DNA of 63,759 nt, filler included, from Octopus bimaculoides (GCF_001194135.2; 7 parts of 7 records of this genome joined end to end with filler, not necessarily neighbours in it), one strand, 5' to 3'. Shown: positions 1 through 13,504, counted from the first letter of the whole stretch. Numbers and translations are program-made. Notes: generated by a model from the letters alone, not told the origin.

Positions 1-564
1 TTTTTGACCAAATTTCTCGTTACTGAATTTGCATGTATGTGTGTTTGTGTATATGTATTTATGTATGCATGTACGTTCTCACACATTTATAGGTATGTGT
101 TGTCCAAACCACTATCCGGCAGCGTCCAATTATCTAACGGTTTTTTTCAAATGAATCAAGTCATAACCTTACCCATCTATTGTTTTCATAATCGGTCATA
201 ATGTCTTACGTTTAGGATGATTTCCATGCTTTCCCTGATGAGAAGGTTACAATTTTAATATCAAAGATCCCTATGGATCACACAGGTTGTAATCCTTTGA
301 AACATATGTAGGAATAAAGTATGCAATTATAACATGCGTTTTCTCCATTCCTTAAATTCTTATATATACATATATATATATATATACATGATATGCACAT
401 GTGTGTGTGTGTGTATAAATACATATATATTACTTGTTCATATACATTTTAATCAGTCTGTCCTCCCACCTTTCCAAATTCTTAACTCTTACATAAATTA
501 TCTCCAGTACACATAACCTCATTAAGTAAGCCTGAATTAACATTAAGAAAAAAATTATACTCAC

Positions 565-719
565 ACTCTGTCTCCAAATTGTTGAAGATCAACGACATCC
601 CCATTGTCTCTTTGGCAAGAACAATAAGTAGTTTGTCGACAATTTTCACTTTTAGCCAATAAACCTAAAGTCAAAAGGATGATGAGACGTACTGTAACAG
701 GAAAATAACAGTCAACCAT
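565..719 (-). CDS. Probable first coding exon of a secreted/membrane protein: signal peptide plus Cys-rich start resembling invertebrate mannose-6-phosphate-receptor-homology (MRH/ATG27-like) domains
   Basis: Minus-strand caaaATGg at 719 gives MVDCYFPVTVRLIILLTLGLLAKS-ENCRQTTYCSCQRDNGDVVDLQQFGDR, ending at a GTGAGT donor (564-559). Possible acceptors at 753 and 692. The hydrophobic h-region followed by C-x5-CxC-x2-D-x-G-x-V-V-D-L recalls MRH-like N-termini. No downstream exon was confidently found. Confidence 0.45.
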
Positions 720-3601
720 TTTGAGAAAGTAGTTTTGAGTGTTACAAATGACCTAGATGATTTGAGAAAACACTGGACTTTAATTTCTGAACTTTAGATA
801 GCTTATCTACTATTTCATGTTAGCCAATTGACATGGTCTTTTTTTTAGGTAACGCGTGAATGATTTACTGTCATTTTTGCATTAGTTTTGTTTTTAGCAA
901 TGACAAAAATAATAATAATAAAAAGACAGAGCCAGAGAGAACAAAATGTTTTCAGAAGATCTTATTTAACTTCCATCTTTTAGCTATTTCAGTCATTTGA
1001 CTGTGGTCATGCTAGGACACTACCCTGAAGAATTTTTTAGTCATAGACGCAGGAGTGGCTGTGTAGTAAGTAGTTTGCTTACCAACCACATGGTTCCGGG
1101 TTTAGTCTCACTGCATAGCACCTTGGGCATATATATATATATATGCGAGTAAAAATAAATTTAAAAAAAGGTGTTTTTTTTGTATGATTGTGTATAGAGG
1201 AATATATTATTTTGTTTAAAAGAGTTCCAACACTGTCTGTTTTTTATTTCTTATTTATATTCCTGCAAAACCAATGTGGGATATAGAATATGGAATATAC
1301 AATATATAATATAATATACAATATATAATATAAAATAAAAATGGATGGTACTATGAAATAAAGTATTCAATGTCTTATTGAATATATGGAATATGTCTTA
1401 NNNNNNNNNNNNNNNNNNNNNNNNNNNNNNNNNNNNNNNNNNNNNNNNNNNNNNNNNNNNNNNNNNNNNNNNNNNNNNNNNNNNNNNNNNNNNNNNNNNN
1501 NNNNNNNNNNNNNNNNNNNNNNNNNNNNNNNNNNNNNNNNNNNNNNNNNNNNNNNNNNNNNNNNNNNNNNNNNNNNNNNNNNNNNNNNNNNNNNNNNNNN
1601 NNNNNNNNNNNNNNNNNNNNNNNNNNNNNNNNNNNNNNNNNNNNNNNNNNNNNNNNNNNNNNNNNNNNNNNNNNNNNNNNNNNNNNNNNNNNNNNNNNNN
1701 NNNNNNNNNNNNNNNNNNNNNNNNNNNNNNNNNNNNNNNNNNNNNNNNNNNNNNNNNNNNNNNNNNNNNNNNNNNNNNNNNNNNNNNNNNNNNNNNNNNN
1801 NNNNNNNNNNNNNNNNNNNNNNNNNNNNNNNNNNNNNNNNNNNNNNNNNNNNNNNNNNNNNNNNNNNNNNNNNNNNNNNNNNNNNNNNNNNNNNNNNNNN
1901 NNNNNNNNNNNNNNNNNNNNNNNNNNNNNNNNNNNNNNNNNNNNNNNNNNNNNNNNNNNNNNNNNNNNNNNNNNNNNNNNNNNNNNNNNNNNNNNNNNNN
2001 NNNNNNNNNNNNNNNNNNNNNNNNNNNNNNNNNNNNNNNNNNNNNNNNNNNNNNNNNNNNNNNNNNNATATATATATATATATATATATGATGATGATGA
2101 TGATGATGATGATTCAGTTAGTGCATAAAAATCACAACAATGTATTTGAGAATGTATTTGACAAGATCATCATCATCATCATCATCATCTAATGTCTATT
2201 TTCCATGCTGGCATGGACTGGACAGTTAGACAAGCTGGAAAGCTGAAGAGCTGCACCAGACTCCAGTTGTCTGTTTTGGCATGGTGTCTACGGCTGGGTG
2301 CCCTTCCTAATGCCAACCGCTTTACAGAGTCTACTGGGTGCTTTTTATGTGACACCAGTACAGGCACTTACATGTGGAACCAGCACACCTGCTTTTTACA
2401 TGGTACCAGCATGAAATCTGTATTTTTAAATTTTTTGTTAATATTTCAAATCTGATGTGAAATGTTATATAAATCAGTGAGAAATATCCTCAATAAAAGT
2501 TTATTTTATCATATAACAAAATATGATCTGATGAATCTGTAATTCCAAAACCACCACCACCACTGCCATCGTAATTTTTGCTGCAATTACACTTCATTGC
2601 CTATACCACCACCATCACTTCCATCACCGCCATCGTAATTTTTGCTGCAATTACTTATGCCACCATCAGAATAATATCAACACCCTTTCTTTCAATGCAT
2701 TTTAAATGAATATTTTGAAACAAGATGGCAGGATAGATTCTTCTGTTTTCTTTTGATTGCATTTATTCTTTTGAATTGTGCTGTGAAAGATTAGATATTC
2801 GTCTACACTATTGTTGTTAAATTATTTATAAAGGATACAAAAATAAAATATGTATTTAGGCAGTGCTCCAGCATGGCCACAGACAAATGACTGAAACGAG
2901 TAAAAGAATAAAAGAATGATAAATTACTTTTGAGCCTTCGTTTATTATTTTGTGTTTTTCCAATTTCAAAAAAAAAAGTAAAAATCTTGTCACTCAAACC
3001 ATTCCTTGAATACTTTTACTGTCTTATATGAGTGAAAATACATCTCAGGTGTGTTCAGATTCCGATGAGGTCATTTATTTGTGTTGCGAGTGAAAGTCAT
3101 CACTTTGGAAAGGTCATCTTGCAGGAAATGCTTTATTTCATTCATGTCACAGACAAGAATTTATTAATGGATTATTGTGTGATAAGTGAATAATTTACAA
3201 GAGAAGGAAAAAGAAGCAAGAAGTAATTCAAGCTTTTCCTGCAATAGGAAATACCAGAAGTGTGTAACCTATCAACCATGAATTATGGTAGTCAACGTGA
3301 AGGCATGTGGTTAGAGTATGTAGCTCATGATTATGAGGTTTTGAGTTCAACTCCCAGTGGTGTGTTTGTTTTATCCTTGAGAAAGACACTTTATTTCACG
3401 TTGCTCCAGTCAACTCAGCTGGCAAAAATGAGTTATACCTGTATTTCAAAGGGGCCAGTCTAGTCACATTTTGTGTCATGATGAATCTCCCTGAGAACTA
3501 CGTTAAGGATACACATATCTGTCTGTGGAGTGCTCAGCCACTTGCACATTCATTTCACAAGCGAGCTGTTCTGTTGATCAAATTACCTGGAATCTTCATC
3601 A

Positions 3602-4002
3602 CTGAGTGGCTGTGTGGTAAGTAGCTTGCTTACCAACCGCATGATTCCGGGTTCAGTCCCACTGCGTGGCACCTTGGGCAAGAATCTTCTACTATAGCCT
3701 CAGGCTGACCAAAGCCTTATGAGTGGATCTGGTAGACGGAAACTGAAAGAAGCCCATCGTATATATGCATATATATATGTATGTGTGTGCATATGTTTGT
3801 GTGTCTGTTTGCCCTCCCAACATCACTTGACAACTGATGCTGGTGTGTTTACATCCCCGTAACTTAGCATTTCTGCAAAAGAAACCGATAGAATAAGTAC
3901 TAGGCTTACAAAGAATAAGTCCTGGGGTCGATTTGCTTGACTAAAGGTGGTGCTCCAGCATGGCCACAGTCAAATGGCTGAAACAAGTAAAAGAGTAAAA
4001 GA

Positions 4003-4003
<1 letters not shown>
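3602..4003 (+). mobile_element. Full-length tRNA-derived SINE (family A; about 15 copies or fragments in the window)
   Basis: A-box TGGCTGTGTGGTAAG, B-box-like GGGTTCAGTCCC, central GGCACCTTGGGCAAG, internal (TA/TG)n and an (AAAAGAGT)n tail. Near-identical copies at 26700, 33646, 36431, 47763 and 53501. Confidence 0.85.
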
Positions 4004-4055
<52 letters not shown>

Positions 4056-5295
4056 AGCAAAATAATTGAGATTCAGATGAATTGAGCACTTAAGTTGAAG
4101 CACTAAAAATCTGCATGGTATTATCCATACAACTTCAAAATAAGGTGAATAAAATCGAAATAAGCAACAGGATATCCAGAGGTGATGCAGTACTACTGTT
4201 CCAAGCAGCTCCATTTAACTGAACAATGCCTTGGACAAGTGTCTTCTGCTATAGCCCCAGGCTAATCAATGCCTTGTGAGTGAATTTGGTTGATGGAAAC
4301 TGTAAAGAAGCCCATCAACATCATTTAATATCCACTTGTTTTGGAGGATGTTAAATGATGATGATATATAGGCATGTATGTTTGTGTTTTTGTTTGTCCC
4401 CTGCCACCACTTAACAATTGGTGTAGGTTTGTTTACATCCCCATAACTTTGCAGTTTAGCTAAAGAGAACACAAGAATAAGTACCAGAGTTAAAAAAGAA
4501 GTTATTACTGCTTAGCGATATTTCATCTGTTTTTACATTCTGAGTTCAAATTCTACCGAGGTCGACTTTGCCTTTCATCCTTTCGGGGTCGATAAATTAG
4601 GTTCCAGTTGTGTACTGGGGTTGATCTAATTGACTGGTCCCGTCCCCAAAAATTTCAGGCCTTGTGTCTAGAGCAGAAAAGAATTGTTAGCATGTTGGGC
4701 AAAACACATAGCAGCATTTTGTCCTTCCTTACTTTCTGAGTTCGAATTCTGCTGAGGTCAACTTTGCTTCTCATCCTTTTGGGGTTAATAAAATACATAT
4801 TTGTTAAGCACTGGGGTCAATGTAATTGGCTTACCCACACTCCTGAAATTCCTAACCTTCTGCCAAAATTTAAAACTAATAATTACAATATGATGCGATA
4901 AACTGGCAGACTTATCAGCACATTGGACAAAATGCTTACCAGCATTTCCTCCATCTTGTTACATTCTGAGTTCAAATCCTGCTGAGGTCAAATTCACCTT
5001 TCATCCTTTCAAGGTTGATAAAATAAGTTGATGTAATTGACTTTCCCAAGATTAGAAAGATTAATTATAACAAAGTGCAAAGTTAGAGCTAGTGATAATA
5101 TCAGGACTTTTGCAGTCAATGTTTTTAAGTATAAAGCTTACTAAGATGTGGTAATATCTTATTTTATCAATGTTCTAGAACTTGTGCTGTAAATCTGATA
5201 ATTTTATGAAACTCACTTTGCTGTCACGTGATTTCAAGTTCACTCCTAATGTGCAGCACCTTGTCAAGTGATGATGATGATATATATATATATAT

Positions 5296-5540
5296 ATATG
5301 TTCTATGTGTGCCATAAATATCGCCATCCGTTTAGAGAAAAATTTGTAGTTTAGAATCAGTAGTTCTTTGACTGCTATTTCTAAATTTTCAGTATGTTGG
5401 AGAAGCAACTCAATGCTAATCCCTGTATATTTATGATGATAAATGGTTTTACCGATAAAGGTTTTTTCATACTGAACTACTTGGCAAAATTGTTAATTGT
5501 TAATTCTATTATTAATTGACGATTCCCTGCCCTTATTCTT
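5296..5540 (-). repeat. Dispersed non-coding repeat; second copy on + at about 58400-58650
   Basis: The reverse complement matches 58400-58650 closely (both give the spurious ORF MLLQHTENLEIAVKELLI). Both copies abut (TA)n tracts. Confidence 0.75.
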
Positions 5541-5574
5541 GTATATATATATATATATATATATCATCATCATT

Positions 5575-6570
5575 ATCATCATCATCATCGTTTAACGTCC
5601 GCTTTCCATGCTAGCATTGGTTGGACGATTTGACTGAGGACTGGTGAACCAGATGGCTACACCAGGCTCCAATCTGATTTGGCAGAGTTTCTACAGCTGG
5701 ATGTCCTTCCTAACACCAACCACTCCGAGAGTGTAGTGTGTGCTTTTTACATGCCACTGGCACAGGAGCTAGTCAGTTGGGCCTGGCATGGTCGGATTCG
5801 GATAGTGCCTTTTATGCACCACCAGCATTGGAGCCAGTTAGGGGGCACTGGCATCAGTCACATTCGGACAGTGCTCTTTACATGTCACTAACACAGGAGC
5901 CAGTCAGGCAGCTCTGATATCGATCAGGTTCGGATGGTACTTTTTACGTGCCACCAGCACGGGAGCCAGTCAGGTGGACCTGGCATCAACCATGTTTGGA
6001 TGGGGCTTTTTACATGTCACTGGCATGGAAGCCAGTCAGGGGGCACTGGTATTGACCACGTTCAGATGATGCATTTTACATGCCACCGGAATGGGAGCCA
6101 GTCAGGCGGCACTAACCAAAGCTACAATTTTAGTTTTATTTGACTCAACAGGTGTCCTCAAGCATATTATATTACCCGATGCATCAAGGGTACTTTTAAA
6201 TGAGTCGGTTATGCAACACTAGCATCAGCCATGGCTGCAATCTCACTTTAGTTGTCGGGTCTTCTCAATCACAGCATATCGCCAAAGGTCTTGGTCTCCT
6301 GTTATTGCCTCTGTGAGGCCCAACATTCGAAGGTCATGCTTCACCACCTCATCCCATGTTTTCCTGGGTGTACCTCTTCCACAGGTTCCTTACACAGTTA
6401 GGGTGTGACACTTCCCCACACAGCTGTCCTCATCCACACGTAACACATGACCATACCAGCGCAGCTGCCTCTCTTGTACACCACATTTGATGCTTCTTAC
6501 GTCCAACTTTTCTCTCAGGGCGCTCACACTCTGTCGTATATGCACACTGATATTGCACATCCAGCGGATC

Positions 6571-6572
<2 letters not shown>
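5575..6572 (-). mobile_element. RTE-clade LINE 3' end (ORF2 C-terminus, 3'UTR, (GAT)n tail)
   Basis: The minus strand reads MIRWMCNISVH...LREKL...ERQLRWYGHVLRVDEDSCV, typical of the RTE ORF2 end. It is followed by a 3'UTR shared with many copies in the window and a (CAT)n tail on +. Confidence 0.85.
5740..6120. repeat. About 60-bp minisatellite inside the RTE 3'UTR
   Basis: Six to seven degenerate units like GTGCTTTTACGTGCCACCAGCACGGGAGCCAGTCAGG-N-CACTGGCATC-N-CGGAT. Confidence 0.75.
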
Positions 6573-6605
<33 letters not shown>

Positions 6606-6619
6606 TATACATATATATC

Positions 6620-6990
6620 ATCATCATCCTCATCATTTAATGTCTGCTTTCTATGCTAGTATGGGTAGGACAATTTGACTGGGGACTGGCGAACTAGATG
6701 GCTACACCAGACTCCAATCTGATTTGGCAGAGTTTCTACAGCTGGATGCCCTTCCTAACGCTAACCACTCCAAGTGAGTGTTATGGGTGCTTTTTATGTG
6801 CCACCGACACAAGGGCCAGTCTGGCGGTACTGACAACGGCCACGCTCAAATAGTGTTTTTTATGTACCACCTGCACAGGAGTCAGTCCAATGTTTTGTTC
6901 ACATGCCACCGGCATGAGCGCCAGTAAGGTGAAGGTGGAAACGATCACGCTCAAATGGTGCTTTTTATGTGCCACCACCACGGGAGCAAG
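6620..6990 (-). mobile_element. RTE-tail repeat copy (further copies near 2170, 8800, 12690, 18530, 25850, 36840, 38220, 43990, 50430, 60840, 62055)
   Basis: Shared motif CCATGCTAGCATGGGTTGGAC...CTACAGCTGGATGCCCTTCCTAACGCCAACCACT, preceded by (CAT)n. Confidence 0.8.
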
Positions 6991-7163
6991 ACTGCTGCTC
7001 TGGCAGTGATCCTGGAACAACAGAAAGGGTCTCGCATTGGCTTCTGGTGTCAGTAAAGTGAAGAAGGTGGTTAGCAAGCTGGCAGAACCATTGGCACGAT
7101 GGACAAGATTTCTGCATTTCTTCCAACACTTTACATTCTGAGTTCAAATCCTACAAAGGTCAA

Positions 7164-7543
7164 CACAGTTCTATATTTGAGAGATGACGAATTATGTACA
7201 TTATTTACATTTGACGGATATTTGTCCTCATCTTGTTGTTGTTAACACAACGTTTTGGCTGTTATACCTTCCAGCCTTCTTATGGCCTAGTGGTTAAGAG
7301 CACGGGCTACTAACCCCAAGATACCAAGTTCGATTCCAGGCGGTGACCTGAATAACAATAACAATAATAACAATAATAGTTATAATAATAATAACATTGA
7401 AAAATACCTAAGGAATGAGAACCCAGCTTTGAAATTTCCCCAAGACACTTGATGAAGGCTGGAGGGTATATCAGCCAAAACGTTGTGTGAACAACAAACA
7501 AGATGAGGACAAATATCCGTCAAATGTAAATAATGTAAATAAT
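7164..7543 (+). mobile_element. tRNA-headed SINE-like insertion with a Penelope-like hammerhead tail and an inverted partial 5' copy
   Basis: 13-bp direct repeat CTACAAAGGTCAA at 7151-7163 and 7544-7556. tRNA-like head at about 7283-7342 (TGGCCTAGTGGTTAAG...AGTTCGATTCC), then an (AAT/AAC)n spacer and a degenerate hammerhead at 7444-7488. Bases 7196-7278 are an inverted copy of 7455-7535. Confidence 0.7.
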
Positions 7544-8028
7544 CTACAAAGGTCAAGTGTGTTTTTCATCCATTTAGAGTTAATAAGATAAAGTACCAGT
7601 CAAGTACTGGGGTCAATGCAATCAATTGCCTCCCACCCCACTGCACCTTGTGACCCCCGTCCCTGCTCCTTTCAAAATTACTGGCCTTGAAGGAATGTTG
7701 TAATCTCTGTAACTTTCACAACAAGAAGACTGGGTAACCGGTTTTATGAGTCATACGACTCAAGGAAAGTAAGGAAAATATCTGTGAGTAAAGGGGAGAG
7801 AGAGAGAAAAGGAGGGAGAGAGAGAGAAAAGGAGGGAGAGAGAGAGAAAAGGAGGGAGAGAGAGAGAGAGAGAAAGGGAGGGGGGAGAGAGAAAGNNNNN
7901 NNNNNNNNNNNNNNNNNNNNNNNNNNNNNNNNNNNNNNNNNNNNNNNNNNNNNNNNNNNNNNNNNNNNNNNNNNNNNNNNNNNNNNNNNNNNNNNNNNNN
8001 NNNNNNNNNNNNNNNNNNNNNNNNNNNN

Positions 8029-8060
<32 letters not shown>

Positions 8061-8748
8061 CAGAGTGAAAGAGAGAACAGAAATGAGAAGAAGAAGCTTT
8101 AATTTTTCCTATGACAGGAAATACCAGAGGGAAATCGTAAAGTAAGAAAGAAATGATTGAATAGAAACAGAATCGACAATAATACCTGTGATTGTAATAT
8201 CATTGCATGATCAGGTATTTGCATTATTCGTTCTTACAGTTAAAATATTTTGTCTTTAGTCGTTACTCAAGAGTGGATGAGGTTAATGTTTTTTAAACAA
8301 TCCAGATGTTCAAATTGTTGTGCAAGCAAAGAAACACAAAGATAAAACATGTACGAGTGTGTGTGTATGTATGTATGTGTGGAGGGAGTTGTGGACAAAA
8401 TTACACCCACCCCACACCCCACCTTATATCCCAATAAAAAAAAATTATTTCCTAAAAAATGTTTCCTTCAGAAGAATTCTTTTATCATTATTTTATTGTT
8501 ATTGATATTTTTTTGTTGTTTTTGCATAGGAATTTCTTTTTCTTTTTCTTTTTTTTTTTGCTTTTGCTTATCTCACAGGCATGTCTTTGTGGTTAAGAAG
8601 CTCATTTTGCAACCACCCGGTCTTGAGTTCAGTTCCACTGCGCGACACTTTGGGCAAGTGTCTTCTGTTATAGCCCATGAGTGAATTTGCAAGATGGAAA
8701 CTGCATGGAAACCTGTTGTGTGTGCATGCGTGTGTGTATGTACATATG

Positions 8749-8783
<35 letters not shown>

Positions 8784-10050
8784 NNNNNNNNNNAACTAAA
8801 TTCGATGACTGGCACCCATGCCAACGTCATCTCCTTCATTGGACATGAAACTCGGTTTGCGAAGACCTGTTAGGGCAAGCGAAAGCGTAATCGTGATGGC
8901 ACTTGTGACGGTGTCATGTGTAAGACATTTGAGCGAGATCATTGCCAGTGCTGCTGGACTGGCTCCTGTGTGGGTATTGTGTGAGAGGCACCATTTTGAG
9001 CATGGCTGTTGCCAGTACCGCCTGACTAGCCCTCATGCCGGTGGCACGTAAAAGCACCCACTACAGTCTCAGAATGGTTGGCGTTAGGAAGGGCATCCAG
9101 CTGTAGAAACTCTGCCAAATCAGATTGGAGCCTGGCATAGCCATGATGATGATGATGTATCGTAAATTGAGCTTGTTAATTTTCCCGGTTTCTCCACTGT
9201 AGAGCCTGTCATTTTATAACCAGAAATACAACTAAGCATAGTTGTAACCACTTCACTTAAACGGTTGACGATATTTCATACGGAGCTTCAAATTCACCAG
9301 AAGCAGTCATACATCTAACTGTACACACAAGAACGATTCCGATTTAACCGATGTTAATTTTTCAATTAGAATCCAAATGATTAACAGATAATTTAATAAC
9401 GTAGTCAGGAACTTGGAAAAGGAGTCTTGATTAACGAAACCTGAACAGTAAGAGATTTTTATGTTAATCTGGTTGAACATGAAGGAACGTTATTCATGAA
9501 AATAGATAATAAGTTATCTCCCTTACATAATACTTCTGCTCTGCTTTCCGATGGAGTAACATAACTTTTGTCCTTCAAATGGTTGTTAGCTTGTCGCTGT
9601 TGAACTAGATTGTTCGAAATAAATTTGACCAAGATTATTCTATATCTAATTTCCTGATTCCAATCTTTGCTTGAGATATATGTTCCATTGCACTGTACTT
9701 TACTAGTAAAAACTGGAATTCAATTACAAAACGAGTTCTCAAGCAGTATTTGAAGTTAGGACACTTATAAACTTTCTCAAAGAATTGTAATTAATCCCTA
9801 TTTTAACTTTATACATTTTTCCAATGCCTTGTAAATTTATGTCCAAAACCCTCTTTCTGAGTATATACTTTTGCATACACTCTAACAACATCTTTCACTA
9901 TTTGGTGATACATTTAACCACCAGTAAATGAATATGGTTTTTCTAACACAAATTACCATATTTGATGCCATATAAGGTGCACTTTTTACAAAAAAGTATC
10001 TCAGAAAGTCACCCTGGGTCCTGTATGTCAAGATGAGCTTCCCATCTTAA

Positions 10051-10282
10051 GGCGGTGAATTGGCAGAAACGTTAGCACGCTGGGCGAAATGCTTAGTGGT
10101 ATTTTGTCTGCCGCTACGTTCTGAGTTCAAATTCCGCCGAGGTCGACTTTGCCTTTCATCCTTTCAGGTTCAATTAAATAAGTACCAGTTACGCACTGGG
10201 TCGATATAATCGACTTAATCCATTTGTCTGTCTTTGTTTGTCCCCTCTATGTGTAGCCCCTTGTGGGCAGTAAAGAATTAAG
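10051..10282 (+). mobile_element. tRNA-derived SINE family B with a Deu/Nin-like core (more than 12 copies, e.g. 10458, 16790-, 19800-, 38790, 44510-, 49210, 58155-, 63180-)
   Basis: GGCGGTGAATTGGCAGAAACGTTAGC...GAGTTCAAATTCCGCCGAGGTCGACTTTGCCTTTCATCCTTTC...AAATAAGTACCAG recurs across the window. Confidence 0.8.
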
Positions 10283-10383
10283 ATGAGCTAGTTGTGTTCC
10301 TGACACTCACAACCATTGCCTAGTTTTAACCCAGCGACTCTCTGTTACTTAACCTAACTCGATAATAATGATATTTACTTAAG

Positions 10384-10458
<75 letters not shown>

Positions 10459-10673
10459 GACGGCGAGCTGGTAGAATCGTTAGCACGCTGGGCGAAATGC
10501 TTAGCGGTATTTCATCTGCTGCTATGTTCTGAGTTCAAATTCTGCTGAGGTCGACTTTGCCTGTCATCCTTTCGGTGTCAATGAAATAAATACCAGTTAC
10601 ACAATGGGGTCAATGTAATCAACTTAATCCTCTTCCCCAAGCTGCCCTTGTGACAAAAATTTGGAATCATCAG

Positions 10674-10713
<40 letters not shown>

Positions 10714-11377
10714 GTGTGAGAGAGCAGTACACACTCCAAAATGACACTGGGGTACAAATACACAAAGCCCAGTATACCCACCATGACTACCCATCTGATA
10801 AGGGTACACCAGGCACATGCATCACAACCATGTGCGTGACATGGTGACCTCATATCAAGATACACATAGCACATGCCCTTGCTAGTGGGGCCCAGTTAGA
10901 ATTTCCTTCGGGTTGAGTAGTTCATCTTGCTCAAAAGGTCCCTGAATAAGGGTTGTTTAAGGATGTTGAACAAAACACCTATGTTTCCAGAGGTGAATTA
11001 TTCAAACCCCAAAGAATTCCTCTTGACACATGGCTATGATGTTCCTCCACTACTCCTGCTCATGATCAGAGATGCGCATATCGTCAGCCACCAAGGGACA
11101 TGCTCAACTGGTTATGGTCAAACAAATGACAAGCAAATCTGTGGTATTGAGCAGAATATTTGCTTAGTGTAAAATAATATTTTCCCATGATGTCTTTTCT
11201 ACATTATATTCTTGTCACCACATAAAAAATATGAGAAGTAGATAAACTATGCTATAGTTAAGCCTTCTGAGTGGATTTGGTAGATGGAAACTGAAAGAAG
11301 CCAATCATGTGTGTGCATGTGCATGTGTGTGTGTGCACGCGTGCGTGCATGTGTGTTTGTCTGTCTGTATGTATGTA

Positions 11378-12019
11378 TCAGGTCATCCCATAAGTCTTGT
11401 CCGATTTTACCCTTTTTAAATTGAATGAAATTTAATAGTATTTTAGAATGTCTAATGGAATTAAAAACTAATTTTATGCATTTGTGTACATTTAAACTAA
11501 TTAAATATTATTTTACAGAGTAATAGAATTAAAATTTCTTTCATTAAAACCCTTTCTAACATAGAAGTATCCAAAGAGCATTTGAGGCACATAATGCTTT
11601 ATGAGCACAAAAAAGGAAACTTTGCAGCTGAAGTGACTCGAAACATACACTCAGTTTATGGGAAAGAATGCTTGAATGAAAGAACTTGCAGAAAATGGTT
11701 TGCAAAATTCAGAAGCGGAGATTTCAGCCTTGAAGATGAAGATCGAACAGAATGTCCAGTTGAGTTTGATGATAAGCTCCTTGAGGCATTACTTGAAGAA
11801 AATCCTGAATTATCAGTTGAAGAATTGGCAATAATGCTTAGTTCAAACCATACAACTGTTGATTGTCATCTTCAACACCTTGGAAAGGTTCCTAAACCTG
11901 GAAAATGGGTGTCTCATGAATTGTCCGAAAGCAACTGCAAATCCCGAGTTGACATCTGCTCTTCTCTCCATTCTTGCGAACTCATTTCACCCTTTTTGGA
12001 TCTTCTATCGAAATGTTAA
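11378..12019 (+). mobile_element. Truncated mariner transposon (left TIR plus N-terminal HTH half of the transposase)
   Basis: TA followed by a TCAGGTCATCCCATAAG TIR-like start. ORF 11582-12019 has HIMLYEHKKG...ERTCRKWFAKFRSGDFSLEDE and WVSHEL (the WVPHEL motif). The start is apparently mutated to ATA and the DD34D domain is absent. Confidence 0.9.
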
Positions 12020-12608
12020 AGATAAATAAGTAACTGCCTTGCACAGTTCAGAGGATTCATTGTATTCTTGATGCTTCTGTGTTTATGCTTACCAAGTCTG
12101 AAGATCTTGTTTGCATGCACTTGATTACACAGGACAGATGGGTTTATCGAATGTGATGAAGGCAATGTGCTAAAATATAATATTCTATAAATTTCTTTAC
12201 CAAACAATGCATGGTACTCAGATTAGATTGATATTGAATAGAACACAGCTGTCCTTGAGAGAATATATTGATTCTAAACATGTGCAGAAGAATTTTTACA
12301 AGAAAATCAAATACTCTTACAAGGAACAGGGAGCAGTGTCGAATACTTTGTCTTATAACCAAGGTTACCATTAAGTTTACAGAGTGAAACTTGCTTCAAA
12401 ATCTTGATCTTCATTTTAAATGAATTCCACAAAGATGGAAAGAATTTTAGAGTGGTTAATAAGGGCTAGCTAGCATTAGAGATCATCATCGTCGTCATCA
12501 TCATCATCGTCGTCGTCGTCGTCATCATCATCATCGTCGTCGTCGTCGTCATCGTCATCACCACACCACCACCACNNNNNNNNNNCGTCGTCGTCATCGT
12601 CATCACCA

Positions 12609-12660
<52 letters not shown>

Positions 12661-12842
12661 GTCGTCTTCATCATCATCATTGTCTTCATCATCATCATCA
12701 TTTAATGTCCGTGTTCAATGCTGGCATGGGTTGGACAGTTTGACAGGATCTGATGCACCCAAGGACTGCATTGTGCCCCAGTGTCTGCTTCAGCTTGTTT
12801 TCTACAGCTTGATGCTTAAATTTACATTTTGATGGCTCTTAC

Positions 12843-12929
12843 AATTACTATAATCCTGGACTAATCTACGTAACTGGACTTTCGGAGAGAGTCGACCCAA
12901 TTTCTCTGAGGACAGCAATACAGATCAAT
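12843..12929 (-). other. Candidate non-coding 5'UTR exon of the minus-strand gene
   Basis: Strong acceptor TTCTTTTCATTCTTTATTCTTTTTCTAG (ending 12930) and a GTAAGA donor at 12842. No ATG in the exon. Confidence 0.4.
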
Positions 12930-13504
12930 CTAGAAAAAGAATAAAGAATGAAAAGAACATGGTATAAAGATAAGGACACAGAGCCCATAAATACCATCTT
13001 TATCCTTCAGATCAAATGTAGCAAACTTTCTCATAACCCATAGCAAAGCAAAGTAACCTTTTTCAGGTTATTACATCAACTGTTTTAATGTAAAAACAAA
13101 TAAATTAACAAAACCTTCACACTCCAAATATAATTTATCAGAAGTCTTTTTGTTTATCGGTGTTTAACACATCAGTAAGGAACTGGTTTGATTTATTTCT
13201 TCTTATAACAATCCTATCTGATTTCTAATGCTATCCTCATTTTCTTTCTTTCTTTTTCTTTTTTTTTCATTCTTTCGGTAAAAGTCTATGACACCATGAG
13301 TGAGTGTGTGATATTGTCTTTCCTCTGCTCGACAGAACTGAACAAACACTCGCACACACACACACACACACGTACTCATGAGTGATGTCATGTACTAATA
13401 CCGAAACATTGTCTTGCTTTTTTTAATTTTTTTTATGCACAGTCAAATAATTAAACAATTCTAGTTAGTATCAAACATCGTCAGTACAGTTAATGCATCC
13501 GTAC

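Noticed and set aside
173-300. Next exon of the signal-peptide gene (DYNLCDP, GKHGNHPK)
   Set aside because: In-frame stops or an implausible micro-exon are required.
5740-6120. Regularly spaced repeats as a CRISPR array
   Set aside because: Eukaryotic context, degenerate tandem units without unique spacers, no cas genes, and located inside a LINE 3'UTR.
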